A stretch of 64,000 bases of DNA from an uncultured delta proteobacterium (GCA_963711835.1 CAVQFQ010000005.1:329759-393758), one strand, 5' to 3'. Counted from the first letter of the stretch, positions 1-11,578 are shown. Program-made: numbers and translations. Notes: generated from the letters alone by a model not told the origin.

Positions 1-205
1 CTCCCCAAAGACTTGGAGATGACCATCGAGGACGCTGGGGAGCATCTTCTGCCATTACAACCTATTGATTTCAGCTTGTTTCGCCCAACATTGGTGCGGC
101 TTCTTGGAATAAGCGTGAATAAATTTGCGCCGATAAGCCGGAAGGTAAAACCCCTTCGGCCCTGTCTTCATCAGGATCCTTTTTCCGTGTTGAGAAACCA
201 GAGGT

Positions 206-1270
206 TCAGTCGGCTGGAGACCGCCGCGTCTGCGGCAAGGTCCAGTCGGCGTGGAGTTGGCCGCAGGCCGCTGAAATATCGGCGCCCTTGCTGCGCCGGA
301 TAATGACCGTGTAATGATTCCGGATCAGGATGTCCTGAAACTGAAGAAGACTCTTTTCCTCCGGGGGCCGAAAGGCGATTCCGGGATGAGGGTTAAAGGG
401 AATCAGGTTGATCTTGGCCTTAACCCCCAGGAGGAGTTTGGCCAGGGCCCGGGCCTCCCGGAGAGAATCGTTTACCCCTTGGATCAGGATGTACTCAAAA
501 GTGATCCTTTTGCTGTGGGGCAGAGGAAAATTGCTGCAGGCCTCCATCAAATCCCTCAGGGGATAGCGGCGGTTGATCGGCATCAGTTGATTACGGGTCG
601 AATCATCGGCCGCATTCAAGGACACCGCCAGGTTTACAGGAATGAGTTGGCCGAGGGTTTTCATTTCAGGCACCAGGCCGGCAGTCGATAAGGTGACATG
701 GCGATGGGAGAACTGCATCCCCTGGGGAGAGAGAAGAATTTTCAAAGCCTTGACCGTGTTCTCAAAATTATGCAACGGCTCCCCCATGCCCATAAAGACG
801 ATATTGGTCAGCGGCTGGGCCTGGTCCTTTAAAAAGGCCTGGGCTGCCAGGACCTGGTTGATGATCTCAGAGGCCTTAAGATTTCTTTTAAGTCCCCTGG
901 TGCCGGTGCAGCAGAACCTGCATTTCTGGGCACAGCCCACCTGGGATGAAATACACAGGGTATGATGACCCCTTTCCGGTATCAGGACGCTTTCAATATG
1001 TTCCCCGTCCTCCAGCCGGAAAAGAAACTTTCGCGTCCCGTCGGACGACTGCTCTATTTTTTCAGTCACCAGGCAGCTTAAATAAGCCAGCTCTTCAAAT
1101 TGAGTCCGCCATTTTTTTGATAAATTCGACATCTGGTCGAAGGAGTGAATCCCGGGGTCGAAAAGCCAACTGAAGACCTGTTCGCTTCGATAAGGCTGCA
1201 GACCCAATCCAACCACCCATCGGCTCAATTCATCAAAAGTCAAATTTCTCAGGTCAATCTTCCGATCCAT
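206..1270 (-). CDS. rlmN: 23S rRNA (adenine2503-C2)-methyltransferase RlmN
   Basis: Radical SAM motif CISSQVGCAQKCRFC, MGMGEPL, C-terminal ISAACGQL. Confidence 0.95.
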   Translation of the reverse strand: MDRKIDLRNLTFDELSRWVVGLGLQPYRSEQVFSWLFDPGIHSFDQMSNLSKKWRTQFEELAYLSCLVTEKIEQSSDGTRKFLFRLEDGEHIESVLIPERGHHTLCISSQVGCAQKCRFCCTGTRGLKRNLKASEIINQVLAAQAFLKDQAQPLTNIVFMGMGEPLHNFENTVKALKILLSPQGMQFSHRHVTLSTAGLVPEMKTLGQLIPVNLAVSLNAADDSTRNQLMPINRRYPLRDLMEACSNFPLPHSKRITFEYILIQGVNDSLREARALAKLLLGVKAKINLIPFNPHPGIAFRPPEEKSLLQFQDILIRNHYTVIIRRSKGADISAACGQLHADWTLPQTRRSPAD

Positions 1271-1292
1271 TTTTTACCTGACCTTGGCCTAA

Positions 1293-1400
1293 GAGCTGTG
1301 AGCTTTCATCTATGAGCCCCTTCAGGTATCAGCTCTTTCAGCTTTAAACTATTGCCTTGGCCTTCTTGCCTATGAGCTGTGAGCTTTCAGCTATAAGCTT
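1293..1400. repeat. Degenerate AGCT-containing heptamer repeats
   Basis: gagctgt/gagcttt/cagctat-type units at ~1293-1345 and ~1374-1400, overlapping the 3' end of the flavoprotein gene. Confidence 0.5.
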
Positions 1401-2658
1401 TTCTGCCGCGCTCTCCCCGGCCACCCAGCCGGTCGAAAAGGCCGCCTGAAGGTTATAACCTCCGGTTTTCCCCTGGATATCAAGGACCTCTCCGCAAAGA
1501 TATAATCCCTGAAGTATCCTGGATTCAAGGGTCCTGGGGTCGACCTCCTTAAGAGATACCCCACCGGCCGTGACGATGGCCTCTTCCAGGGGACGCAGCC
1601 CTTTTATGGCCAGACGAAAATCGGTCAACAAGGCCCTGATTCGTGCCCGTTCTTCCCCGGTAATTTGATGGCCTTTTTTATCAGCCGGTATCTGCAAAAT
1701 CCTGATGAATACCGGGATCAGGGAATTGGGCAGAAGGGTTTTTAAAAGGCCCTGGAACCCTTTGCGATGATGGGCCGTTAATTCCCTTTGCAGTCTTTGG
1801 TCCAACTGATCCGCTGATAAGGCCGGCTTGAAATTGATCCCTATCTCGACCCGGCCTTGTCTTAAACACTCCCCGACTCTTCCGCTCAAGGTCAGAATTA
1901 TCGGCCCGGAAATCCCAAAATGGGTAAAGATCATCTCTCCGAATTCCGATTGATCTTTTTGCCCCTTTGGATACAGGGTGGCCTTGACATTTTTCAAAGA
2001 CAGACCCTGGAGTTCCCTGATCCAGTCTTCCTCGACCACGAGAGGGATCAGGAAAGGACGGATCGGGACCAGGGAATGCCCGGCCTTTTGAGCCAAGACG
2101 ATAGCCGTCTCCGCTGGAACCGGTCTTTGTATAGGAGGCCCCGCCGGTGGCCAGGATAACGGCCCGGCCTTTAAATTCACCCTGTCGGGAGCGCACCCCC
2201 TCTATTTTGCCCCGGGAGAAAAGAAGGTCCTGAATCGGATTGTCCCTGATTAAATGCACTCCCTTTTCCCTTATGTAGTCTGAAAGGGCCCTAACCACAT
2301 CCCGGGCCTGGTTCGATTGAGGGAAAACCCGATTCCCCCTCTCGACCGACACCGGTACCCCTCTTTCTTCAAAAAAATCCATCAGGTCCCGGTTAAAGAA
2401 ACGGGCCAGAGAATTCCTTAAAAACCGCCCGTCCGGGTAGTAGCTTTCGATAAAGGTGGGGATGTCTCCCAGATTGGTCAGATTGCATCTTCCTTTTCCC
2501 GTAAGGCCCAGTTTCAGACCCACCTTCGGCATCTTCTCGACGAGGAGGACCCTGGCCCCTTTTTCCGCCGCCCGGCCGGCCGCCATCAAACCGGAAGCCC
2601 CGGCCCCGGCTACGATGATGTCAAACAATGAACTCATCTTATTCTGATTATAGGTCAA
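1344..2658 (-). CDS. HI0933/YhiN-family NAD(P)/FAD-dependent oxidoreductase (apparent +1 frameshift near 2095)
   Basis: GAGASG, GKGRCNLTN and ATGGASY in ORF 1681-2658; FTHFGISGP, VTAGGV and TGGYNLQAA in ORF 1344-2180. Removing one base restores DGYRLAQKAGH. Confidence 0.88.
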
Positions 2659-2663
2659 AAAAA

Positions 2664-4310
2664 TCAGGCCCCCTGAAGGGCTGTTCGGACTATGGTTTGG
2701 GCCTGCTCCACCAGGGTTTCCAGGTGTTCCAGGCTCCGGAAGCTCTCGGCATAAAGTTTGTAGATATTTTCAGTCCCCGAGGGGCGAGCCGCAAACCAGC
2801 CGTTCGCAGCCGCCACCTTTAATCCGCCGATGCCGGCATTATTGCCGGGGGCCCGGGTCAGCTTGCTTAGAATCACTTCACCGGCCAGTTCCCTGGCCGT
2901 TACCACCTCGGGGGTCAATTTTTTAAAGGCCTTTTTTTGTTCGGGCGTGGCCGGGGCGTCAATTCGAATGGTGTAAGGTGTCCCTAAATCCTTTGTGAGT
3001 TCCTGATAATAAAGGCCGGGATCCTTCCCGGTCCGGGCCCTGATTTCGGCCGCCAGCAGGCCGAGGATGATGCCGTCTTTATCCGTGGTCCAGGCGCTGC
3101 CGTCCAGCCTGAGAAAACTTGCCCCGGCACTCTCCTCGCCACCGAAACAGATGGAGCCTTCCAGCAATCCCTGGGCAAACCATTTAAAGCCCACCGGGAC
3201 TTCCAGGAGTTTCCGGCCCAACCTGGCCGCTACCCGATCGATCAGGCTGCTGCTTACCAGGGTTTTCCCCACAGCCGAGGAAAGCGGCCAGTCCGGCCGA
3301 TGGGTCAGCAGGTAATGGATGGCCACGGCCAGATAATGGTTGGGGTTCATCAGTCCTGCGGAAGGGGTGACGATGCCGTGCCGATCGGCATCGGTATCAT
3401 TACCGAAGGCCAGGTCGAAGCGGTTCTTTAATTTAAGCAGACCGGCCATGGCATAAGGACTGGAGCAGTCCATACGGATCTGGCCGTCATGATCCAGGGT
3501 CATGAAGCGAAAGGTGGGATCCACCGTTGCGTTGACGACCGTCAGATCGATTCCATAAAAATCCCGGATCGGTTCCCAATAATGAACCGAGGCCCCGCCC
3601 AACGGATCCACTCCGACCTTAATAGCGGTGGAGCGAATGATTTCCATATCAACAACAGCGGCCAGGTCTTTGATATAGGGCCCCAGGAAGTCCTCTTGAA
3701 AGGTGGTCTCCGCTTTCAAGGCCGAATCATAGGACATCCGCCTGACTTCCCGATTATCTTCCCGAAGCAGGGTATTGGCCCGATCCTGGATCCAATCCGT
3801 CACCTCCGTATCGGCCGGGCCTCCGTTGGGGGGATTGTATTTGAAACCGCCGTCAGCCGGAGGGTTATGAGACGGAGTAATGATAATCCCATCGGCCCAG
3901 TGATCCTTCCTCCCCCGGTTATAGGACAGGATGGCCCGTGAAATCGACGGGGTCGGGGTAAATTCCCGGCCCTCTTGAAGGCCGGTTTTCACCTCATTGG
4001 CGGCCAGTACTTCCAGGGCCGTCCTTTCCGCCAGAGGAGATACGGCGTGGGTATCTTTCCCCAGAAACAAAGGCCCGCTGATCCCCTGGATCCGCCGGTA
4101 ATCACAGATGGCCTGGGTTATGGCCAGGATATGGGCTTCGTTAAAAGTGCCCTCCAGGGGACTTCCTCGATGGCCGCTGGTACCGAAGCTAATCCGCTGG
4201 TTGGGATCATCAAGGTCCGGCCCCTGTTCATAATAGGCCTTTTCCAGTTGAGCCGGATCAATCAGAAATTCCTCGGGAGCGGGTTTTCCCGCCAGGGGAT
4301 GGATGCTCAT
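2664..4310 (-). CDS. pgm: Phosphoglucomutase (alpha-D-glucose-1,6-bisphosphate-dependent)
   Basis: FGTSGHRGS, TPSHNPP, DTDADR, GEESAG, RPSGTE motifs. Confidence 0.95.
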   Translation of the reverse strand: MSIHPLAGKPAPEEFLIDPAQLEKAYYEQGPDLDDPNQRISFGTSGHRGSPLEGTFNEAHILAITQAICDYRRIQGISGPLFLGKDTHAVSPLAERTALEVLAANEVKTGLQEGREFTPTPSISRAILSYNRGRKDHWADGIIITPSHNPPADGGFKYNPPNGGPADTEVTDWIQDRANTLLREDNREVRRMSYDSALKAETTFQEDFLGPYIKDLAAVVDMEIIRSTAIKVGVDPLGGASVHYWEPIRDFYGIDLTVVNATVDPTFRFMTLDHDGQIRMDCSSPYAMAGLLKLKNRFDLAFGNDTDADRHGIVTPSAGLMNPNHYLAVAIHYLLTHRPDWPLSSAVGKTLVSSSLIDRVAARLGRKLLEVPVGFKWFAQGLLEGSICFGGEESAGASFLRLDGSAWTTDKDGIILGLLAAEIRARTGKDPGLYYQELTKDLGTPYTIRIDAPATPEQKKAFKKLTPEVVTARELAGEVILSKLTRAPGNNAGIGGLKVAAANGWFAARPSGTENIYKLYAESFRSLEHLETLVEQAQTIVRTALQGA

Positions 4311-4378
4311 CTATACTCCCATGCGATATATTCTATCACTCTTAATTCTGGGAATTTATCCCTTACTTCCCAATATTA

Positions 4379-4571
4379 GGTGTAGGGTGGTCTTATTTTT
4401 TAAGTTGTCCACCCCAAAGCCATAAGTCCCGCCTGGCGGGACAGGCCTACACCCAAGCTGGAAATGGGCTGGGGTGAAAGCCCTGCTCTAAAATGATCTT
4501 TGCTGTCCGGGCCGGATTGAGGGCTCTTAGTCACCCTTTGGACAACTTAAAAAATAAGACCACCCTACACC
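4379..4571. mobile_element. MITE/REPIN-like non-autonomous element with 33-bp perfect terminal inverted repeats
   Basis: GGTGTAGGGTGGTCTTATTTTTTAAGTTGTCCA (4379-4411) is the exact reverse complement of 4539-4571; internal palindrome GTCCCGCC-T-GGCGGGAC; no ORF. Confidence 0.75.
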
Positions 4572-4611
4572 GTTTCTTCAGGACTTTAGAAAAAATTTCA
4601 AAGATATTTGG

Positions 4612-5436
4612 TTAGATTTTAGTGTTTCCCCGGTCTAAAAACCCGGCGGCTTTCTCGTCCACCAGCCATAAAACCTTCCCTTTTTTCGGCCGGACCAACT
4701 GGGCCGGCAGGGGGTCACCCTCAAAATCGCCTTGAAGGACTTTTTGCAGGGTCTCGGCCTTATCTTCCCCCTGAACCAGAAACATGATCCGGGCGGCGTT
4801 GTTGATGACCGGGAGGGTCAGGGTGATGCGACAGGACCGTAATGGGCCTACCCAATTGGCGGCCACCAGCCTTTCCTTTTCATAAAAGGCTTCCGACCCC
4901 GGGAACAGGGAGGCCGTGTGACCATCCCGGCCCATCCCGAGCAGGACCAGGTCAAAAGAGGGGAATGCCCCGGCCGGCAAATGAAAAAAATCTTTTATCT
5001 CCTGTTCATAGTCCCTGGCGGCGGCGATAGGGTCGGGATTTTCTCCCCGAATGCGATGGAGGTTGGTCAAAGGAACCGGAATTTTTGACAGCCAGGCCTG
5101 GTAGGCCAGCCGATAATTGCTTTCAGGATGATCCGGAGGAACAGGCCGCTCATCCCCCCAGAAAAAAAACATCTTATCCCAGGGGATGCCAGGCCGGCTA
5201 AGGGGTTTGCTTCCCAGCAGGGAATAGAGACTCCCTGGTGTTGATCCCCCCGAAAGGGCCGCCGTAAAGGTCTTTTTCGAATCCAGGACCTCTCCGGCCA
5301 GGGAAATAAATTGTTTCGCGGCCGTACGGCTGAGTTCCTCCGGATCGGCCAGGATTTGTATCTCCGTATTTTCAGGAAGTCTATCTATGGTGACGGTCCT
5401 CCGGTCCCCAGTCAGGCAATAATGCGCCCCTGCCAC
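4612..5436 (-). CDS. pgl: 6-phosphogluconolactonase (true start probably slightly downstream)
   Basis: LSGGSTP, FWGDERPVPPDHPESNY, LGMGRDGHTASLFPG. Confidence 0.93.
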   Translation of the reverse strand: MAGAHYCLTGDRRTVTIDRLPENTEIQILADPEELSRTAAKQFISLAGEVLDSKKTFTAALSGGSTPGSLYSLLGSKPLSRPGIPWDKMFFFWGDERPVPPDHPESNYRLAYQAWLSKIPVPLTNLHRIRGENPDPIAAARDYEQEIKDFFHLPAGAFPSFDLVLLGMGRDGHTASLFPGSEAFYEKERLVAANWVGPLRSCRITLTLPVINNAARIMFLVQGEDKAETLQKVLQGDFEGDPLPAQLVRPKKGKVLWLVDEKAAGFLDRGNTKI

Positions 5437-5451
5437 CTCTTTTGAACGATA

Positions 5452-6201
5452 CTATTTTTTTTTCTTCAACTGTCCGGCAACGGCCTCCGTGGCCCGCTTC
5501 ACCGCCTCCGGGTCTCCTAGGTAATAACTCCGAATGGGCTTCAAATCTTCTTCCAATTCGTAAACCAGAGGGATTCCGGTTGGGATATTCAGACCGACGA
5601 TCCGGTCGTCCGGGATCTTGTCCAGATATTTGACCAAGGCCCGCAGGCTGTTTCCATGGGCGGCGATTAATATCCGCTTCCCCTGCCGCACCGCCGGAGT
5701 AATGGTTTCATGCCAGTATGGCAAGAAACGTTCCACAGTGTCCTTCAGACATTCGCTGAGGGGAATTTCTTCGGGCCGGAGATCGGCATAACGGGGGTCA
5801 TTGCCCGAGTAGCGCGGATCCCTGGTCGTCAGCTCCGGGGGCCGGATATCGTAACTGCGGCGCCAGATCTTGACCTGCTCCATCCCGTGCTTTTCGGCGG
5901 TCTCGGCTTTATTAAGCCCTTGAAGGGCCCCGTAATGGCGCTCATTCAGCCGCCAGTTGTGAATGATCGGAATCCACATCAGGTCCATCTCCTCCAGGAC
6001 AATCCAGAGGGTTTTGATGGCCCGTTTAAGCACCGAGGTGAAAGCCAGGTCAAAAATAAACCCTTCCCCGGCCAGAACACGGCCGCCCTCAACGGCCTCC
6101 TCTACCCCCTTTTCACTGAGGCCCACATCGGTCCAGCCGGTAAAACGATTCTCTTTATTCCAGGTGCTCTCACCATGGCGGAGCAGGACTATTTTTTTCA
6201 T
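5452..6201 (-). CDS. gpmA: 2,3-bisphosphoglycerate-dependent phosphoglycerate mutase
   Basis: [27 protein letters not shown]. Confidence 0.96.
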   Translation of the reverse strand: MKKIVLLRHGESTWNKENRFTGWTDVGLSEKGVEEAVEGGRVLAGEGFIFDLAFTSVLKRAIKTLWIVLEEMDLMWIPIIHNWRLNERHYGALQGLNKAETAEKHGMEQVKIWRRSYDIRPPELTTRDPRYSGNDPRYADLRPEEIPLSECLKDTVERFLPYWHETITPAVRQGKRILIAAHGNSLRALVKYLDKIPDDRIVGLNIPTGIPLVYELEEDLKPIRSYYLGDPEAVKRATEAVAGQLKKKK

Positions 6202-6360
6202 GGCTCTGCCTCCTTTTTTGATAAGGATTTTTTCAGTTTAAAGGATACCCCAGTCCCAGTCAATACCAAAGGGGGGAAAAGAGCGCTGGAAATTTAAGCT
6301 GGATTGGTTATAATAACCAACCAATCATTATCATTGATTATCTGGAGAGGTTAAAAGGAC

Positions 6361-7865
6361 ATGGATAGACGCCGCAGCGGCATTCTCCTGCATATCACCT
6401 CCCTCCCCTCCCCTTTCGGCATCGGAGACCTGGGGCCTGAAGCGTATCACTTTATTGATTTTTTGAATCGGACCGGCCAGAGCTACTGGCAGTTGCTGCC
6501 CCTGACCCCCACCGATCCCGGCAGCGGGAATTCCCCCTACAGCAGTATCTCTTCTTTCGCCGGGAATACCCTGATGATCAGCCCCCGACTCCTGATGGAA
6601 GCCGGCTACTTGACCCGGGAGGAGATTTCCGAACCGCCCTTTTTCCCTTTGGATCGGTGCGATTTTTCCTCAGTCTCCTCTTACAAATCCGGATTACTCT
6701 GCCGAGCCTATGATCGTTTTAAAGCAAACCGCTCGGGGAGACAGGCCTTCGAAGAATTCTGCCATGGCCATCGCCATTGGCTGGACGATTACGCCCTGTT
6801 TGTCTGCCTGAAAAATCACTACCACGGGAGGGCCTGGGGAGAATGGGACCCCGGTTACCGGGACAGGGAACCCTCCATGATAGCGGCCTTCGGAAACTCC
6901 TTTCCGGAAGCCCTGGAAAGGGAAAAATTCTTCCAATACCTTTTCTTCAGCCAATGGTCCGCCTTAAAAACTTATGCCCACGGAAAAAACCTGCGCTTTA
7001 TCGGAGACCTGCCCATCTACGTCAATTACGACAGTGCGGACGTCTGGACCCACCCCGATCTTTTCAGCCTCGATCAAGACAAAAGACCGTTGAGCCTGGC
7101 CGGGGTTCCGCCCGACTATTTCAGCCGGACCGGCCAACTGTGGGGGAATCCTACCTATTGTTGGGAACGCCTTCAGGAAACCGGTTTTCAGTGGTGGTTG
7201 ACCCGAATCGCCCACCATCTTGAACTCCAGGATATCCTGCGGATTGACCACTTCAGGGGTTTGGTCGCCTTATTGGGAAGTGTCGAACACGGAAACCACA
7301 GCCCTGCACGGACGAATGGAAAGAAGTCCCGACCATCCCATTTTTTACTGCCCTTCTTGATAAATTCCCGGCCAGCTCGATTATCGCCGAAGACTTAGGC
7401 TATATTACGCCGGAGGTCAAAGAGGTCATGAACCGTTTCGGTTTCCCGGGGATGCGCATCCTTCTTTTTGCCTTTGGGGAAGACAACCCCGATCACCTTT
7501 ATTTACCCCACAACTATATCCCCAACTGTGTCGCCTATACCGGGACCCACGACAATAATACCGTTCGGGGCTGGTTCGAGAACGAAACCGGCCCCCAGGA
7601 GCGACAGCGATTATTTCGGTATCTGGGAAGAGAAGTCTCCGGTCAGGAATTACCCCGGGAACTCATTCGCCTGGTCATGATCTCTCCGGCCGATACCGTT
7701 GTTGTCCCCCTGCAGGATCTCTTAGGCTTGGGAAGGGAGGCCCGGATGAATATTCCATCCACGGCCAGGGACAATTGGGAATGGCGCTTTCTGCCGAATC
7801 AGTTGACGCCCTATCACGGGGATTGGCTTGGGGAGATTACTGCGACCTATGGCCGGGCGCGTTAG
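6361..7865 (+). CDS. malQ: 4-alpha-glucanotransferase (two apparent +1 insertions near 7270 and 7316)
   Basis: SGILLHITSLP, GVPPDYFS, RIDHFRG; removing two bases restores AYWEV...IIAEDLG and joins the YTGTHDN ORF. Confidence 0.9.
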
Positions 7866-7870
7866 TAGGG

Positions 7871-8007
7871 AAAATCCGAAACAATCTCTAAATTCAAATG
7901 ATCAAAACTCCAATCAGAACGGGCCGGTGATTTGGATGGCCAGTTTTGAGACTTTGAAATTCGGTCATTTGAATTTGTTTCGGATTTCGAGTTCGGATTT
8001 CGAATTT
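7871..8007. repeat. Imperfect inverted repeat with heptamer-like arms between convergent malQ and queF
   Basis: aaatccgaaacaa...aaattcaaatgatc pairs with ggtcatttgaatttgtttcggattt, followed by cgagttcggatttcgaattt. Confidence 0.6.
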
Positions 8008-8040
8008 AATCCCCTCTTGGCTGGGTTAGGGATAGGGGGA

Positions 8041-8827
8041 TTACTGTCTGGGGGTTCGGATATTTCTCGGAATTTCCATTTCGTAATTGGTTCGGAAAGG
8101 ATTGATGTCGATCCCCCCGCGGCGGGTGTAGCGGGCATAGACGGTCAGTTTTTCAGGCCGGCAACGGCGGCTGAGGTCCAGGAAGATCCTTTCCACGCAG
8201 GTCTCGTGAAAGGCTTGGTGCTGTCTGAACGAAATGAGATATTTCAGAAGTCCGGTCCGTTCCATCACCGGGCCCCGATAGCGGATCTGGATACCGGCCC
8301 AGTCCGGTTGGCCGGTGATCGGACAGTTGGTCTTGAATAGATCGGAGGTCAGGGTTTCCTCTACGATCTCCTTCTTCACCGCCAGGAATCCCGGGTCCAC
8401 CCGATAGCGGGAAACTTTCACCTCCAGATGATCCAGGGTTTCTCCTTGAAGGGTCTCGATCCGTTCCCCTCCAAAAATCTCCGGCAACTTGAGGACCACT
8501 TGAACCGGGCTTCCTGAAACCCGGGTCCAGATCTTCGGTTATCCGCGACTGCAACCCGGCGGTACTTTCAAACAGGGTCTGGTTCAAGGAATTCAGATAG
8601 AGCTTTAGAGATTTGGACTCGATAAGATGGGGGGAATCTGCCGGGAAAAAAAAGTCGGCCAAAGCGATTTTGGGTTTGCCCTGCTGGTTCAGCCAGGATA
8701 ATTCATAGGCGGTCCAGATATCCCAGCCCCAAAAGGGCAAAGGATCAGTCAGACCCATTTCAGCCCGCTGGGGTCGGCGAGGAATGGGACAGAGCAACTC
8801 GGGATCAATGCGGTCTTTATAAGCCAC
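8041..8827 (-). CDS. queF: NADPH-dependent preQ0 reductase QueF, long type (apparent +1 frameshift near 8527)
   Basis: WTAYELSWLN, IESKSLKLYLNS, NCPITGQPDW, FHETCVERIF, YTRRGGIDINPFR. Confidence 0.92.
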
Positions 8828-9059
8828 TTCTTTTTATTCCGCCTTGACGGCTTTGATTATGTGTCAGCCGGGCGCCTAATCCCGGGTTTGGAATCATTCC
8901 TGGGGTTGAAATAGTATAAGAAAGTCGGAGAAGGGATTCAATAAATAAAAAAGGCAGGGTTTCTCAGGCGGCCCTGCCCCGGCAGGATAAATTCTTGACC
9001 GGTCCTTGTTCAAGTCATTATACTCAGCCGAGAAAACATCGAAACATCGGGGTGAAGAA

Positions 9060-9179
9060 ATGAAAAGATTATTGGTTTTGCTTCTGATCGTTGTTGCCCT
9101 GGCAGGCTGTGCCTTAATCAGTGAGGATGTTAGAACCGTGCCGATTGATAAGGACTCGGGCTTGATCTCTCCGAAATAA
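9060..9179 (+). CDS. Small lipoprotein (39 aa), not in ORF track
   Basis: MKRLLVLLLIVVALAGCALISEDVRTVPIDKDSGLISPK; LAGC lipobox; TTGACC-N18-TATACT upstream at 8995-9024. Confidence 0.6.
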   Translation: MKRLLVLLLIVVALAGCALISEDVRTVPIDKDSGLISPK

Positions 9180-9362
9180 ACCCAAAGGACCCTCGAATTT
9201 AACCTTAACCAGGGGAGGATTGGATGAAAATCATAAGGCCCTTACTCTTTACTTAGGAGCAGGGTCTTTTTCATTAGGTTCCATGTGACGGCTGAGGAGA
9301 CAGAGGGACGATTTGTCTACCGCATAGGCGACCATTCGTTGGATATTCCTGCATTTTTTCTA

Positions 9363-9391
9363 TTGCGAAGTAATGGACTTTTTGATATATT
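9363..9391 (+). promoter_or_regulatory. Putative sigma70 promoter of the kai operon
   Basis: TTGCGA-N17-TATATT with extended -10 TG. Confidence 0.5.
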
Positions 9392-9422
9392 AATACAATC
9401 GCAATAAATAAAATGACCTCAT

Positions 9423-9465
9423 CCCCCTCACCTTCCCCCCTTGAAGGGCAGGGGTGGGTGGGGGG
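9423..9465. repeat. C-rich/G-rich palindromic REP-like element in the kaiC leader
   Basis: ccccctcaccttcccccc ttgaa gggcaggggtgggtgggggg, imperfect hairpin. Confidence 0.45.
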
Positions 9466-9496
9466 TATTACTTCAGATTAGTAAAGGTGCTGGGAG

Positions 9497-11245
9497 ATGA
9501 CGATGGTTAAGGCAAAACATGATGTTGATGTTCTTGAAAAATGCCCGACGGGCATCAAGGGTCTCGATGAGATCACGAAGGGAGGGCTTCCGAAAGGCAG
9601 GCCAACCCTGATCTGCGGCAGTGCGGGTTCCGGCAAAACACTTTTCGCCATGGAGTTTCTCATGCGGGGCGCCATGGATTACGGAGAACCCGGGGTCTTC
9701 ATGACCTTCGAGGAGACGCCGGAGGATCTCGCGAAGAACTTCATCTCCCTTGGTTTTGATCTCCATGACATGATGTCGCGTGGTCTCATCGCAACGGACC
9801 ACGTCTACATCGAGCGAAGCGAGATTGAGGAGACGGGTGAGTACGACCTGGAAGGATTGTTCATCCGCCTGGGGAATGCCATTGATTCCATCGGAGCGAA
9901 GCGGGTTGTCTTGGATACCATAGAAGCACTTTTCTCCGGGCTGTCTAATGCCGCTATCATTCGGGCAGAGCTTCGCCGGCTTTTTCACTGGTTGAAAGAC
10001 CGCGGTGTGACGGCCATCGTTACGGGGGAAAGCGGCGACAAGACCCTGACACGCTACGGGCTCGAAGAATACGTCGCCGATTGCGTGATCCTCCTCGACT
10101 TCCGCATCGAGGAGCAAATTTCCACCCGCCGCCTGCGTATTGTCAAGTACCGCGGCTCATCTCACGGCGCCGACGAGTATCCCTTCCTGATCGACGAGAG
10201 AGGCCTCTCTATCCTGCCCATCACTTCCCTGGGGCTCGACTACCCCGTTTCCACGGAGCGCATCTCCACGGGCGTCCCCAAGTTGGATGCCATGCTTGAT
10301 GGGAAGGGGTTCTACCGGGGCAGCACCATCCTCGTCTCCGGTACAGCGGGCACAGGCAAAACAAGTTTGTCGGCTACCTTTGCCGACGCCGCCTGCCGGC
10401 GAGGTGAGCGCTGCCTGTATTTTGCCTTCGAGGAATCGCCCAGCCAGATCATCCGGAACATGGGCTCCATCGGCATGGATCTCGCCCGGTGGGTGAAGAA
10501 GGGGCTTCTCAAGTTTCATTCAGCCCGGCCTTCGCTTTACGGCCTGGAGATGCATCTTGTCACCTTCCACAAGGTGATCGAGGAGTTCAATCCCCAGGTT
10601 TTCATTGTAGACCCGATCAGCAACCTGAGCGCCGCGGGAACAGCATCAGAGGTCAAATCCATATTAACGCGCCTGATCGACTATTTGAAGATGAAAAAGA
10701 TCTCTACTTTCCTTACGGACCTCACCCATTTTGGAGGCAGCCTTGAACACACGAGCGAAGAGATATCTTCTCTGATCGATACGTGGCTTCTCCTCCGGGA
10801 TATCGAACTCAATGGGGAACGCAACCGGGGCCTCTACATTTTGAAGTCCCGCGGCATGGCCCACTCCAACCAGATTCAAGAGTTCCTGCTCACGAACCAG
10901 GGCATTGACCTTATCGACATCTATACCGGTTCCGGCGAGGTATTAACCGGCAGTGCCCGGGCAGCCCAGGAAGCCGGGGAAAAGGCCTCTGAGCTGGCAC
11001 GCCGGCGTGAGGCGGATCGCAGGCTCCGCGAGCAGGAGCGCAAGAGGAAGGCCCTGGAAGCAAAGATCGCAGCCCTCCGTGCCGAGTTCGATGTGGAATC
11101 TGAAGAGGTGCATTTGATGGCGGAAGAAGAGCGAAAAAGACAAGCTGTCCTGGCAGAAGACCGTTTAGAAATGGCGCATCTTCGCAAGGGGAAACCTTCA
11201 GCGTCCGGCGAAGCGCTCGAAAAAGAAGAGGGAAAGGAGAGTAAG
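9497..11245 (+). CDS. kaiC: Circadian clock protein KaiC (double RecA domain, C-terminal coiled coil); reads in frame into kaiB in this sequence
   Basis: Two P-loops GSAGSGKT and GTAGTGKT, catalytic EE pairs, ISSLIDTW phosphosite motif, [10 protein letters not shown], long charged helical tail. Confidence 0.95.
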
Positions 11246-11578
11246 ATGAAAGCTGTCTCACCAGGAAAGGGGAAGAAAGCAAAGACCGATGCGACAGAAG
11301 AAATCTGGAATCTCCGGTTATATGTAGCCGGTCAGACCCAGAAATCGATTACGGCCTTTGCTAATTTAAAGAAGATCTGCGAAGAGCACCTCGCGGGGAA
11401 ATACCGCATTGAAGTGATAGACCTTTTAAAGAATCCCCAGCTTGCCAAAGGGGACCAGATTATTGCCATACCGACACTGGTAAGGAAGCTTCCTGAACCG
11501 CTTAAAAAGATTATCGGAGATCTGGCTAACACAGAGCGCGTGCTGGTGGGACTCGACATTCGTTCTGTCTCCGGATGA
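11246..11578 (+). CDS. kaiB: KaiB (copy 1), with its own RBS and ATG inside the kaiC ORF
   Basis: [46 protein letters not shown]...IIGDL; AAGGAG upstream of ATG 11246. Confidence 0.93.
   Translation: MKAVSPGKGKKAKTDATEEIWNLRLYVAGQTQKSITAFANLKKICEEHLAGKYRIEVIDLLKNPQLAKGDQIIAIPTLVRKLPEPLKKIIGDLANTERVLVGLDIRSVSG

Noticed and set aside
13-303. 96-aa + strand ORF at the window start
   Set aside because: It overlaps the rlmN 3' end and has no recognisable motif; it may be the tail of an upstream gene but cannot be supported here.
1344-8827. Programmed frameshifting or true pseudogenes in the flavoprotein, malQ and queF
   Set aside because: No slippery-site or stimulator pattern, and the same kind of one-base insertion recurs in unrelated genes, which favours sequencing error.
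8828-8940. preQ1 riboswitch upstream of queF
   Set aside because: An A-rich tract is present on the minus strand, but I could not find a convincing P1 stem and loop consensus.
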